A DNA stretch of 64,000 nt from Anaerolineae bacterium (GTDB lineage Bacteria > Chloroflexota > Anaerolineae > B4-G1 > SLSP01): NCBI GenBank assembly GCA_034437215.1, contig DAOTVC010000039.1, positions 35,188-99,187 on the forward strand. The letters run 5' to 3'. Of the stretch, positions 7,801 through 17,322 are shown in pieces; the first letter of the stretch is position 1, and every line of letters begins with the position of its first letter. A program made the translations under genes and the position numbers. The notes below the pieces were generated by a model. The model worked only from the letters and a program-made list of their open reading frames with translations, was not told the origin of the DNA and made no database searches.

Positions 7801-9144
7801 ATGAATGAGGCAAATTCGCACAAATTATGGCGCGCCACCTTGGGAGAGCTGGAGTTGCAGATGACGCGCGCCACCTTTGACACCTGGCTACGAGACACCC
7901 GTTGTCTGGGTTTGGAAAACGGAGAGACCCTGGTCATCGGTGTCAAGAACGGGTACGCGGTCGAGTGGCTGGAGAACCGCCTTCAACCCATCGTACAGCG
8001 CACCCTGCAGCACATTGCCGGAAAAAGTCTAGAAACACGCTTTGTGGTGTGGGAGGGTAATCGCACCCCGCCCCCGCCACCGCTTCTTCAGGGGGAGAGC
8101 ATGGATGTCGTCACCACTCCGGTTCCCGATCCAGGTCTGAATGAAGAGTATACCTTCCAGGACTACGTCGTGGGGCCGGGCAACCGGTTGGCGCAGGCGG
8201 CCTCCCAGGCCGTCGCCGAGGCACCGGCCCGCGCTTACAACCCCCTCTTCCTCTACGGCGGTGTGGGGTTGGGTAAGACCCATCTCCTCCACGCCATCGG
8301 TCAGATCTCCTACAGGCAGGGTCTGCAAGTCCTCTACATCTCCTCCGAGCAGTTTACCAACGACCTGGTCGAGGCCATCCGCACCCACACCACCGATGCC
8401 TTTCGGGATAAGTACCGCAACGCTGAAGTCCTCCTCGTCGATGACATTCAATTTATCGCCGGCAAAGAGAGCACCCAGGAGGAGTTCTTCCACACCTTCA
8501 ACGCCCTCCGCGATACCGGACACCAGATCGTTCTCAGCAGTGACCGCCCGCCCAAGGCTATGATCACCCTTGAGGAGCGCCTGCGGTCGCGCTTCGAGTG
8601 GGGCCTGATCGTCGACATCCAACCCCCGAATTTCGAGACCCGGTTGGCCATCCTGCGCAAGAAGGCCCATCGGCGCGGCGTGAAGATCTCGGACAGTGTG
8701 CTGGAGTTCATCGCCAGCAACGTCGAGAGCAACATCCGCGAGCTCGAGGGCGCTCTCAACCAGCTCCTGGCGCTCTCACGCCTCACGGGCTTGCCGCTAA
8801 ACCTGGAGACTGCTCAGCAGGCCCTCACCGACCTGCTCCCCAGCCGCCCCACCCTGACGGCCGAGGAGATCATCGAGATGGTCTCTACCTACTACAACCT
8901 CACCGTGGACGAGCTGCGGAGCCCTCGTCGCAGCCGCAGGATCGCCTTTCCCCGCCAGATTGCCATGTACCTGATCCGGGAGGAGACCGATTCCTCCCTG
9001 CCCCAAATCGGAGCGCAGCTGGGCGGCAGAGATCATACGACCATTCTCTACGGCTACGAGCGCATCCGCACCACCCTGGAAGAGGACCCCCAACTGCGAC
9101 GCGAGATCCTGACGCTCAAGTCACGCCTCTACGAACGCAACTAA
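7801..9144 (+). CDS. dnaA: Chromosomal replication initiator protein DnaA
   Basis: AAA+ Walker A GVGLGKTHLL and C-terminal DnaA-box binding domain (RRIAFPRQIAMYL). The ORF track starts at 7714, but the conserved N-terminus begins at MNEANSHKLW (ATG 7801). Confidence 0.9.
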   Translation: MNEANSHKLWRATLGELELQMTRATFDTWLRDTRCLGLENGETLVIGVKNGYAVEWLENRLQPIVQRTLQHIAGKSLETRFVVWEGNRTPPPPPLLQGESMDVVTTPVPDPGLNEEYTFQDYVVGPGNRLAQAASQAVAEAPARAYNPLFLYGGVGLGKTHLLHAIGQISYRQGLQVLYISSEQFTNDLVEAIRTHTTDAFRDKYRNAEVLLVDDIQFIAGKESTQEEFFHTFNALRDTGHQIVLSSDRPPKAMITLEERLRSRFEWGLIVDIQPPNFETRLAILRKKAHRRGVKISDSVLEFIASNVESNIRELEGALNQLLALSRLTGLPLNLETAQQALTDLLPSRPTLTAEEIIEMVSTYYNLTVDELRSPRRSRRIAFPRQIAMYLIREETDSSLPQIGAQLGGRDHTTILYGYERIRTTLEEDPQLRREILTLKSRLYERN

Positions 9145-9152
9145 CGCTTGTA

Positions 9153-9196
9153 CTACCCGCCGGGCCTCCCGATTATGCGGGAGGCCCGGCGGGTAG
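9153..9196 (+). terminator. Perfect 19-bp GC-rich hairpin (CTACCCGCCGGGCCTCCCG / CGGGAGGCCCGGCGGGTAG, loop ATTATG) 9 nt after the dnaA stop; no U-tract
   Basis: Seen in the sequence. Probable factor-independent terminator or RNA-stability element. Confidence 0.4.
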
Positions 9197-9295
9197 ACCG
9201 TACCTGGCATATCGCCAGAGGATGCTGGGCACTTTCTCTGTCCCTCACCCTCGAGTATAATCACCTCCTGATGCTACAAGAAAGGACCTAGATCC

Positions 9296-10828
9296 ATGGT
9301 GTTTCTGGATATCGTTCTGGCGGTCGTTCCGATCTCACTGATCCTCTTCCTCATGCTCGGCCTGCGGTGGAAGAGCTCGCGAGCGGGTCTGGCGGCCTGG
9401 ATTGCCGCCCTTATCGTCGCCGTCCTGCGCTTCGGCGTCGGGGGACGCATCCTCTGGTGGGCTCACGTTCGCGCCCTCTTCCTGGCACTCTACGTTCTCT
9501 ACATCATCTGGGGCGCGCTCCTCTTCTACCGGGTCACGGAAGCGGCAGGCGTGCTGGATGCGATGGGCACGCTGATGCACCGGATGGCGCCGACGCAGGC
9601 TGCCCAGGTGCTGCTGTTGGCCTGGGGACTCACCTCCTTCTTCCAGGGTGTGGGAGGCTTCGGCGTTCCCGTCGCTATCGTGGCGCCGATGATGGTGGGG
9701 CTGGGCTTCTCCATGGCGCAGGCCGTCGTCATCCCCTCCCTGGGCGACACGTGGGCCGTCTCCTTCGGCTCCCTGGGCTCGGCCTTTAACGCCCTGGCGG
9801 CGACCACGGGCGTATCCGAGCCCCTGCTGGCGACCTGGAGCGCCCTCCACATGGGGCTGCTCTGTCTCGTCATGGGCCTCTTCGCTCTATGGGCGGCCGA
9901 CGGGTGGGCTACCGTCCGCGAGGGTTGGCTCCCACTTCTCCTGATGGGCGTGGCCATGGCAGGGATGCAATTCGTCACAGCCCACTACGGCCTCCCTAAC
10001 ATCGCGGCCATGGTGGGAGCGCTGGCGGGCCTCCTCGTCGGCAGTATCTGGGCGCTCCTGCGCTTTCCGGAGGGACGCAGCGTGCTGCATGAGCCGGTTC
10101 TGCTCACCCGGGCCCTGCTGCCCTACGGCTTGCTCCTGGCGCTCATCCTCGTAGCCCGGCTCATCGTCCCGCTGCAGGTCCTGCTGCGCGCCGTCGTGCT
10201 CCAGGTCCCCATTCCCGGGCTTGTCACGGGACGTGGGTGGGTTATCGAGCCGGAGACGGCACGCGCCATCTCGGTCTTCGGGCACACCGGGGCCCTGCTC
10301 ATCTACGCGTCGCTCATCACCTACGGTTGGGCCCGGTACGCGGGATACATCGAGGGGGGACACAAGCGGGAGATTCTGCGCAAGGTGTTGCGCAGCGGCC
10401 TCTCCTCGACGCTCACCATCCTCTCCATGGTCGCGGTGGCCAGCATCATGGACTACGCCGGCATGCTACAGCTCCTCTCGGAGCTGATGGCGGGTGCGGC
10501 AGGACGGCTCTTTCCTCTGGTTTCCCCCTTCATCGGCGCCCTGGGAGGCTTTGTCACGGGCAGCAACTCCAACTCGAACGTCCTCTTCGGCGTCCTCCAG
10601 CGCAACGTGGCCGAGACTCTGCACTACGTCGTCCCGCTGATCCTCGGGGCCCAGAACGCCGGCGCTGCCGTCGGCGCGACCTTCTCGCCCTCCAAAATCC
10701 TGGTGGGGTGCAGTACCGTCGACCTGGACAACTGCGAGGCGATCATCATGCAGCAGCTGCTTGGCTATACCCTGCTGGCCCTGATCATCTTGGCGCTCTT
10801 CACCTGGCTCTTGACGCTGGTATATTGA
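9296..10828 (+). CDS. L-lactate permease (LctP) family transporter
   Basis: 510-aa polytopic protein. Segment FFQGVGGFGVPVAIVAPMMVGLGF resembles the LctP core [24 protein letters not shown]. Confidence 0.6.
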   Translation: MVFLDIVLAVVPISLILFLMLGLRWKSSRAGLAAWIAALIVAVLRFGVGGRILWWAHVRALFLALYVLYIIWGALLFYRVTEAAGVLDAMGTLMHRMAPTQAAQVLLLAWGLTSFFQGVGGFGVPVAIVAPMMVGLGFSMAQAVVIPSLGDTWAVSFGSLGSAFNALAATTGVSEPLLATWSALHMGLLCLVMGLFALWAADGWATVREGWLPLLLMGVAMAGMQFVTAHYGLPNIAAMVGALAGLLVGSIWALLRFPEGRSVLHEPVLLTRALLPYGLLLALILVARLIVPLQVLLRAVVLQVPIPGLVTGRGWVIEPETARAISVFGHTGALLIYASLITYGWARYAGYIEGGHKREILRKVLRSGLSSTLTILSMVAVASIMDYAGMLQLLSELMAGAAGRLFPLVSPFIGALGGFVTGSNSNSNVLFGVLQRNVAETLHYVVPLILGAQNAGAAVGATFSPSKILVGCSTVDLDNCEAIIMQQLLGYTLLALIILALFTWLLTLVY

Positions 10829-10871
10829 GCCTGGGTCGCTAATATTTTTGATTTCGTAACATTTTTGTTCC

Positions 10872-10900
10872 TTGAAGTTATATCCCCTTGTCTGTATAAT
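10872..10900 (+). promoter_or_regulatory. Promoter candidate TTGAAG-N17-TATAAT upstream of the response-regulator gene
   Basis: Read from the sequence. Confidence 0.4.
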
Positions 10901-10951
10901 CAGAGAAGAGAGAAAAAACCGTCCCTCACTATCTAGCGACGAGGAGATGAT

Positions 10952-12088
10952 ATGGCAAGACGCATCTTGATCGCCGATGATGACCTGGAAGCCCTGCGCC
11001 TCATCGGCCTGATGCTGGAGCGCAAGGGGTACGAAATCGTCGCAGCCGCCTCGGGTGAGCAGGCGCTGAAGAAGATCGAGGAGCAGCTGCCCGATCTCAT
11101 CATCCTCGACGTGATGATGCCCGGCGTAGATGGTTACGAGGTGGCTCGACACTTACGGGAGAATCCCAGAACCGCTCCGATCCCCATCCTCTTCTTCACG
11201 GCCAAGAGCTCCATTACCGACAAGATCGCGGGCTTTCAGGCCGGCGGCGACGACTATCTGACGAAGCCCATCCATCCGGCGGAGCTGCTCTCGCGGGTCG
11301 AGGTTCTCCTGCAGCGCAGCGCTCGCCAGACAGTTCCTGAGACGGCCCGGGCCAAGGTCTTTGCCCTACTCCCCGTCAAGGGCGGGGTCGGTAACAGCAC
11401 GCTGGCCCTCAACATGGCCCTACAAATGGCTCAAGTGAAGGAGAAGCGCACGATCCTGGTGGAGTTGGTGGATGGCGGAGGCTCCAGCGCCTCACAACTC
11501 GGCGCCTCCGCCACTCGAGGTCTGCAGTCCCTGGTGGAGAAAGGGCCGCTGGCGCTCAGTTCTGCTGCGGTGGATGCCCAGGCCCTCAAGCACGAGACCG
11601 GGCTGCGCGTTCTGCCTGCCAGCCCGCGACCTGCCGGTCTGGTCCCCGCCATCACTGAGGAGTTCGTCCAGGCCCTGCTGCGCATTCTCCTGACGGAGTA
11701 CGACCACGTGCTCTTTGACCTCTCCCCTACGCTCAACAAGGCCACCACTGAGGTGCTGCACCAGGCTCAGTACGTCATCCTCACCTTCGAACCCACAAAG
11801 ATCGCGCTAGCCCTCGCCCATACCTTCCTGGAGAGCCTGGAGGAGCGGAACATCGGCGCCTACAAGGTCCGCCCTGTCTTCATCCACCGCGCCCCGGCTG
11901 CCGACGCCATCACCCGAGACTCCGTTAAGGCGGAGATCGGTCAGGAGCTCTTAGCCAGCATCCCTCCTGTACCCGACGCCGCTTACGAAAGTTGGTCTGC
12001 GGGACAGCCCATGCTGCTCACGCAACCGCAGAATCTCTTCTCGCAGCAGGTGCGCTTTATCGTTGATCGGCTTTTGGAATCCTCTTAA
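10952..12088 (+). CDS. Response regulator: canonical REC domain fused to a ParA/MinD-like domain with a degenerate Walker A (KGGVGNST in place of KGGxGK[ST])
   Basis: REC residues present (DDD, D in LIILDVMMP, T, K). The C-terminal region has the ParA/MinD fold signature but lacks the P-loop Lys. Confidence 0.7.
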   Translation: MARRILIADDDLEALRLIGLMLERKGYEIVAAASGEQALKKIEEQLPDLIILDVMMPGVDGYEVARHLRENPRTAPIPILFFTAKSSITDKIAGFQAGGDDYLTKPIHPAELLSRVEVLLQRSARQTVPETARAKVFALLPVKGGVGNSTLALNMALQMAQVKEKRTILVELVDGGGSSASQLGASATRGLQSLVEKGPLALSSAAVDAQALKHETGLRVLPASPRPAGLVPAITEEFVQALLRILLTEYDHVLFDLSPTLNKATTEVLHQAQYVILTFEPTKIALALAHTFLESLEERNIGAYKVRPVFIHRAPAADAITRDSVKAEIGQELLASIPPVPDAAYESWSAGQPMLLTQPQNLFSQQVRFIVDRLLESS

Positions 12089-12108
12089 AGAGACTGTTCA
12101 CTGAGCAA

Positions 12109-13350
12109 ATGAAACGTTCGACTCCCGTGTCACCCTTAGATACCTTCCAGAACAGACCTCGAGAGCAGGAACAGGAGCTGCTCGAACAACGGGTCGCCCG
12201 GTTGGAGCAGCTCCTGGCCGTTGGTCGGCGCCTGAACTCTACCCTGGAGATACCGGCGCTCCTGCTGCAGGTCGTCAGCGCGGCGCGAGAGATCACAGGC
12301 GCGGACGCGGCCTCTATCCTGCTCGTGGAGAACGACAAGACGTTGCGTTTTGCTGCCTCCTGCGGCCCCGACGACACCCTCCTCAAAACGACCGAGGTGC
12401 CCATCGACAAAAGCCTCGCGGGATGGGTGGTGCGCAATGCCGAGACCGCCATCGTGGAGGATGCCACCTCCGACCTGCGCGTCTACGTCATCGACGAGGC
12501 CCTGACCACCCGCTCCATCGTGGCGGTTCCGATGCTCTTCGGCGAGCAGGTCATCGGAGTGCTGGAAAGCCTGACCCACCACGAACAGCACCGCTTCAGC
12601 CCTCACGACGTTGAGGCCCTGGAGACCCTGGCCGGTATCGCTGCCGTGGCCGTGCAGAACGCACGCCTCTTCCAACAGAGTGACTGGATCGCTGAGATCG
12701 TTCACGAGATCCGCACCCCCCTCACCTCCATCATGACCTATGCCGACCTTCTCGCCACCCGTCAGTTACAGCCTCACTCGCGCCAGAAGTTCGTGGAGAT
12801 CATCAACCATGAGGCCAACCGGGTCAACGGTCTCATCAACCAATTCCTGGATCTGGCCCGGCTGGAGTCAGGCCGGGTCATCATGAAGCGCACGCCCTTC
12901 TCCCTGGCAGAGGTCATCCGGCTCTCCCGGGATCTCATCCGCCCCCAGGCCGACGAACGGCAGATGTCCCTGGAGGTGGTCGTCCCTCCGGACCTACCCG
13001 AGGTTCTGGGGGACGCCGAACGCATCCAGCAGGTGCTGCTCAACTTTCTCTCCAATGCCGTGAAGTATGCCAATCCAGGCGATCGCATCTCGGTAGCTTG
13101 CGAGGTGGGGGCGGAGGAGCTCATCGTGACGGTCACCGATACGGGGCCCGGCATCGCCAAAGAGCACCAGCAGGGTCTCTTTGAGAAGTTCTCGCGCGTT
13201 CCCGGCAGCGAGGAGCGCGCCGAAGGCTCGGGACTGGGCTTGAACATCGCACGTCAGATCATCCTGGCCCACCAAGGCCGCGTCTGGCTGGAGAGCGAGG
13301 CAGGAGAAGGGAGCACCTTCGCCTTTTCCCTCCCCCTGACCACCGAGTGA
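12109..13350 (+). CDS. GAF-domain sensor histidine kinase
   Basis: GAF region; HisKA H-box EIVHEIRTPLTSI; HATPase_c G-boxes (GSGLGLNIARQI). Confidence 0.8.
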   Translation: MKRSTPVSPLDTFQNRPREQEQELLEQRVARLEQLLAVGRRLNSTLEIPALLLQVVSAAREITGADAASILLVENDKTLRFAASCGPDDTLLKTTEVPIDKSLAGWVVRNAETAIVEDATSDLRVYVIDEALTTRSIVAVPMLFGEQVIGVLESLTHHEQHRFSPHDVEALETLAGIAAVAVQNARLFQQSDWIAEIVHEIRTPLTSIMTYADLLATRQLQPHSRQKFVEIINHEANRVNGLINQFLDLARLESGRVIMKRTPFSLAEVIRLSRDLIRPQADERQMSLEVVVPPDLPEVLGDAERIQQVLLNFLSNAVKYANPGDRISVACEVGAEELIVTVTDTGPGIAKEHQQGLFEKFSRVPGSEERAEGSGLGLNIARQIILAHQGRVWLESEAGEGSTFAFSLPLTTE

Positions 13351-13388
13351 TACTTTACAAACCCACAAAATATGGTATCATTTCTCCG

Positions 13389-13430
13389 CCCTGTGAGTGT
13401 CGTAGGCACTCTCGGGTTTTTTGTGTTTTT
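13389..13430 (+). terminator. Intrinsic terminator (imperfect hairpin plus TTTTTTGTGTTTTT) after the histidine-kinase gene
   Basis: Seen in the sequence. Confidence 0.5.
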
Positions 13431-13466
13431 GAATAGTGTATCTTGCCGTTGGAGGACAAGCAGGCT

Positions 13467-13937
13467 ATGAATCAACACCCTGTATACCTGACGAAAGAAG
13501 GGTACGAGGAGTTAGAGAACGAGCTGGACCACCTGAAGCGTGTACGGCGCCAGAAGGTCGCCGAACGCCTTCACGATGCGCTGAGTGAGGGCGAGCTCAT
13601 CGAGAACGCCGAGCTCGAGGATGCCCGTCGCGAACAGGCCTTCGTCGAAGGACGCATCTACATGTTAGAACAGCAGCTGCGCAACGCCCGGCTCATCGAG
13701 GGTGGTTCGAAAGAGGGTATTATCGGCGTGGGCAGCCACGTGACCGTTGAGGAGGAGGGCTCGGACCATCCGGAGATCTATCACGTGGTCGGCTCCGCCG
13801 AAGCTTCGCCGAAGGACGGCAAGATTTCCAACGAGTCCCCGCTGGGCAGAGCCCTGCTGGGCAAGCGCGTTGGGGAAGAAGCGGTGGTGAAAGCCCCCGA
13901 TGGGAACATCGTCTTCCAGATTCTCGCTGTGCAGTAG
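13467..13937 (+). CDS. greA: Transcription elongation factor GreA
   Basis: N-terminal coiled coil (LTKEGYEELENELDHLK) and C-terminal FKBP-like domain. ATG at 13467 has a GGAGGA RBS. The track start at 13443 is a TTG. Confidence 0.85.
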   Translation: MNQHPVYLTKEGYEELENELDHLKRVRRQKVAERLHDALSEGELIENAELEDARREQAFVEGRIYMLEQQLRNARLIEGGSKEGIIGVGSHVTVEEEGSDHPEIYHVVGSAEASPKDGKISNESPLGRALLGKRVGEEAVVKAPDGNIVFQILAVQ

Positions 13938-13957
13938 CAGCCGTCGACAGCCACCGC

Positions 13958-13990
13958 AAGCCCATACCCGCGTATGGGCTTGTTTGTTGC
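13958..13990 (+). terminator. Intrinsic terminator AAGCCCATA-CCCGCG-TATGGGCTT followed by GTTTGTT
   Basis: Seen in the sequence. Confidence 0.55.
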
Positions 13991-14069
13991 CGGGAGCAAG
14001 CGTTGATTGAGTTGGCGCCGGTGCCCCCACCGCCAAACGAAGTTAGAGTGTCGTGAAAGGGAGAAGCCC

Positions 14070-15581
14070 ATGGAGTTGAACAAACTGGAACAACAGCGGG
14101 TAGCAAAGGTAAATCTGCTGCGCGCAGCAGGGGAGGAGCCCTATCCCCACCGCGCCCACCGCACCCACACCCTCGCCGAAGCCCATGACGCTTACGAGAC
14201 AGTGGAGGGGACCGAGGAGCCCCTGCTTACCGTAACCGTTGCCGGACGCCTCGTCAGCATCCGCACCATGGGCAAGCTCGCCTTCGCCCACGTCGAGGAC
14301 GAGAGCGGCAAGCTCCAGCTCTTCATCCGCCGCAATGACGTGGGCGAGGAGAGCTACGAGCTCTTCAAGAAGGCCTTCGACCTGGGCGATTTCGTCGAGG
14401 CAGCCGGGCAGATGATACGCACACGCACCGGCGAGGTCAGTGTCCGGGTTGAGAAGCTCCGCATGCTATCCAAAGCCATCAGCCCCTTGCCCCTTGCCAA
14501 GGAGTACGAGGATGAGGAGGGGGATGTCACCCGCTACAGTGCCTTCTCCGACATCGAGGAGCGGTATCGCCAGCGGTACGCCGACCTGGCGGTCAATCCT
14601 GAGGTGCGTCACCTCTTCCGCCTTCGATCCCGCACCATCAGCGCGCTACGCTCCTGGCTCGACGAACACGGCTTCTTGGAGGTCGAGACGCCGGTGCTCC
14701 AGCCCGTCTACGGTGGGGCAGCCGCGCGCCCCTTCACCACCTACCACAATCAGCTCAAACAGGAGCTCTATCTCCGCATCTCCTTCGAGCTCTACCTCAA
14801 GCGCCTCCTCGTGGGGATGTTCGAGCGCGTCTACGAAATCGGCCGGGACTTCCGCAACGAAGGAGTCTCCTACAAGCACAACCCCGAGTTCACCCAGCTG
14901 GAGCTCTACGTCGCCTACGCCGATCTCTTCAGTATCATGGAGACGGTCGAAGAGCTCCTCTCCCACACGGCGGGGGCGGTTCTGGGAACCCGGACGATTA
15001 CCTATCAGGGCCAGGAGCTCGATCTTGCGCCCCCCTGGCGCCGCGTAAGCCTGCAAGAGGTCATCCGCGAGGGAACCGGCATCGACTACCGGGAGTTCGC
15101 CACCGCTGCGGCGCTCCGGGCTGAGATGCGCAAGCACGGTTTCCACGCCGACGATAAGGCCAACTGGGGGCAGCTGGTGGACAACCTGCTCTCCCGGGTG
15201 GAACCCGCCCTCATCCAGCCCACCTTCGTCTACGACTATCCTGTGGAGATCTCACCCTTGGCGAAACAGAAGCCCCAAGATCCCACCCACGTGGAGCGCT
15301 TCGAGCTCTTCGTCGGTGGGCTCGAGATGGGCAACGCCTTCACGGAGCTCAACGACCCCTTTGAGCAGGAGGAGCGCTTTCTGCAACAGGGCCGGGCCTA
15401 CGAAGCAGGGGACGAGGAAGCACAGCCCATGGACGAGGACTATCTACAGGCGCTGAAGTACGGGATGCCCCCTAACGGCGGTTTCGGACTGGGCATCGAT
15501 CGTCTGGCGATGCTCTTTACCGATCGTCACTCCATCCGTGAGGTTCTGCTCTACCCGCACCTCAGACCGCGCGAGGAGTAA
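14070..15581 (+). CDS. lysS: Lysyl-tRNA synthetase, class II
   Basis: Anticodon-binding OB fold plus class II core (motifs FRNEG, GGLEMGNAFTEL, GLGIDR). Start at MELNKLEQ with an AGGGAG RBS; the track start at 14007 is upstream. Confidence 0.9.
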   Translation: MELNKLEQQRVAKVNLLRAAGEEPYPHRAHRTHTLAEAHDAYETVEGTEEPLLTVTVAGRLVSIRTMGKLAFAHVEDESGKLQLFIRRNDVGEESYELFKKAFDLGDFVEAAGQMIRTRTGEVSVRVEKLRMLSKAISPLPLAKEYEDEEGDVTRYSAFSDIEERYRQRYADLAVNPEVRHLFRLRSRTISALRSWLDEHGFLEVETPVLQPVYGGAAARPFTTYHNQLKQELYLRISFELYLKRLLVGMFERVYEIGRDFRNEGVSYKHNPEFTQLELYVAYADLFSIMETVEELLSHTAGAVLGTRTITYQGQELDLAPPWRRVSLQEVIREGTGIDYREFATAAALRAEMRKHGFHADDKANWGQLVDNLLSRVEPALIQPTFVYDYPVEISPLAKQKPQDPTHVERFELFVGGLEMGNAFTELNDPFEQEERFLQQGRAYEAGDEEAQPMDEDYLQALKYGMPPNGGFGLGIDRLAMLFTDRHSIREVLLYPHLRPREE

Positions 15582-15595
15582 GCGTCTGTAAGAAA

Positions 15596-15719
15596 ATAAC
15601 TTCCCGACGGTGGGTGCTCGGGGAACGTAGCGAACTGCTGGAAGGGCTGGAGACGCACAGCCCTCAAACGAGTCAGGAGGAGCTCTTTCATCCTGACTCC
15701 AGAGACATCGGGAAGTTAT
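15596..15719. other. Structured non-coding element: outer 12-bp inverted repeat ATAACTTCCCGA/TCGGGAAGTTAT enclosing two or three internal hairpins (AGGGCTG..CAGCCCT; GAGTCAGGA..TCCTGACTC)
   Basis: Seen in the sequence between the convergent lysS and membrane-protein genes. Candidate terminator complex or small RNA. Confidence 0.35.
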
Positions 15720-15797
15720 ACTTTTACGAACCCTAAGCGTACAATCCCCAGAGAGGGCGATCGAGTCGATCGCCCTCTCTGCATAGCAACCGTATCC

Positions 15798-16403
15798 TTA
15801 CGTGCGCGCCCGCCGCCGGCTCTTCCGCACCCGCTTCACGACGAAGACGACAACCAAGACGAGCGCCATCAACCCGGAGACGATGCGAATGAGCGGGGAG
15901 TTGAAGCTCGTACCGATGAGTTGTCCGTGGATGGTCCCCAGAAGGAAGGCCAAGTAGTTGAGCCAGTGGATGATGCGCCAGCTGCGTCCCAGGGAAGCCC
16001 GAAAGAGGGCGGTAAGAGAGGTGATGGCGATGAGCCAGAAGGCCGGGCGCCCTCCGAGAGCCAAAAAGCTGCGTACGGAGGCAAAACTCGGCAGAAAGAC
16101 CGCGACCGTTCCCGACTGCCAGGCAGCACTCACCGCATGCAGGGTCAGAGCCACCAGGGCGGTCACGGAGACGGCGTGGTGCACCTTTACGAAGGAGCGC
16201 CCAAAGTACTGGGTCAACTCCCGCAGATAGAGAGAGGAGAGGCTGGCGAGGAAGACCGCCAGATAACCCAAGAGGGCTCCTATCCGGAGAACCCCCGCCA
16301 ACGTCGACCCGGGAGGGATGAAAAGCACAACGACCACGACGAGGGCCACGGCGAGCAGCCCACTCAAAATCAGAACCCAGGTATTCTTCGGTGTGAGAGC
16401 CAC
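15798..16403 (-). CDS. Six-TM membrane protein, possibly a ferric-reductase-like heme-binding transmembrane domain (MsrQ/YedZ-like)
   Basis: 201 aa, about six TM helices with conserved-looking His pairs (HHAVS, IHWLNY..IHG). No msrP partner nearby. Family call is tentative. Confidence 0.4.
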   Translation of the reverse strand: MALTPKNTWVLILSGLLAVALVVVVVLFIPPGSTLAGVLRIGALLGYLAVFLASLSSLYLRELTQYFGRSFVKVHHAVSVTALVALTLHAVSAAWQSGTVAVFLPSFASVRSFLALGGRPAFWLIAITSLTALFRASLGRSWRIIHWLNYLAFLLGTIHGQLIGTSFNSPLIRIVSGLMALVLVVVFVVKRVRKSRRRART

Positions 16404-16571
16404 GTTAACCTCCTTAAAATAGTCAGATAGTCGTTTAGTCGCCTGGTCGCACAGTCAAAAACAATGCCTGCCTGTCATCCGGAGCGAAGTGAAGGATAAG
16501 GAACCGGACCTGAGCCGTCTACCGGGAGAGTCAACTCCCCCTGGAGATAGTCCACGCATAGGAGGGGCGAG

Positions 16572-17204
16572 TCACAACTCCCCCACCACCTCCGCCTCCA
16601 ACCGTCGGAAGAAGTCCTCCATGTAGCGATGACGCGCTTCGGCCATCTGCCGCCCTGTCTGGGTGTAGAGCCGCTCCCTGAGACGGGAGAGCTTGACGAC
16701 AAACTCGTGCACGGGCGTGTGGGCCACGGGATCGTCCCCCGCCGTCTCCCAGCGCTCCAGATCCACGCTCTCCAGAGGAGCCCAGAGCCGTTGGTTGTGC
16801 GCCCCACCGTAGGCAAAGGCGCGCGCCACGCCCACCGCCCCGATGGCGTCCAGCTTGTCGGCGTCGAAGAGCACCTGCGCCTCCAAGGTCTCCGGTTGGG
16901 GTGCAGTACGGAAGCGGTGCGCGGCAATGGCATGCACGACAGCCTCGACCCAGGCCGGCGGACAGGATGTGAGGAGCAGGGCCGCCCGCTCTGCAGCCAC
17001 GTCGGCGTGATCGCGCCCCTGGTGCTGGGCCTCGGACCGCCCCCAATCGTGCAGCAGGGCCGCCGTCCGCACGATGGAGAGGTCGGCCCCCTCCCGGCGT
17101 GCGATCTGCCCCGCAACGCGCTCGACGCGGAGAATGTGATCGAAATCGTGGACGCTGTCGGCCTCTTCGTAGAGGGCGCGCGCTTGTTCGATGGTCAGAC
17201 GCAT
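16572..17204 (-). CDS. HD-domain metal-dependent phosphohydrolase
   Basis: H..HD motif (HDFDHILRV) and LLHDWG. Confidence 0.7.
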   Translation of the reverse strand: MRLTIEQARALYEEADSVHDFDHILRVERVAGQIARREGADLSIVRTAALLHDWGRSEAQHQGRDHADVAAERAALLLTSCPPAWVEAVVHAIAAHRFRTAPQPETLEAQVLFDADKLDAIGAVGVARAFAYGGAHNQRLWAPLESVDLERWETAGDDPVAHTPVHEFVVKLSRLRERLYTQTGRQMAEARHRYMEDFFRRLEAEVVGEL

Positions 17205-17322
17205 CGACCCCTCCCCTGCCGCCCATTATACAACGAGAGACGGACAGAATAAAGGAGAGTCTTTCACGAAGGGGTTAACGAGGAGCAACCCGCCGGGGAC
17301 AAAGACAGTAGCGCTCGTCGAG

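Noticed and set aside
13443-13466. TTG start at 13443 for greA, and similar track-extended starts for lysS (14007), rplM, rpsD, rplO, rplF, rpsH, rplD and the BMP SBP (58022)
   Set aside because: Conserved N-termini and Shine-Dalgarno sequences support the downstream ATG or GTG starts. The track reports the longest ORF from any alternative start codon.
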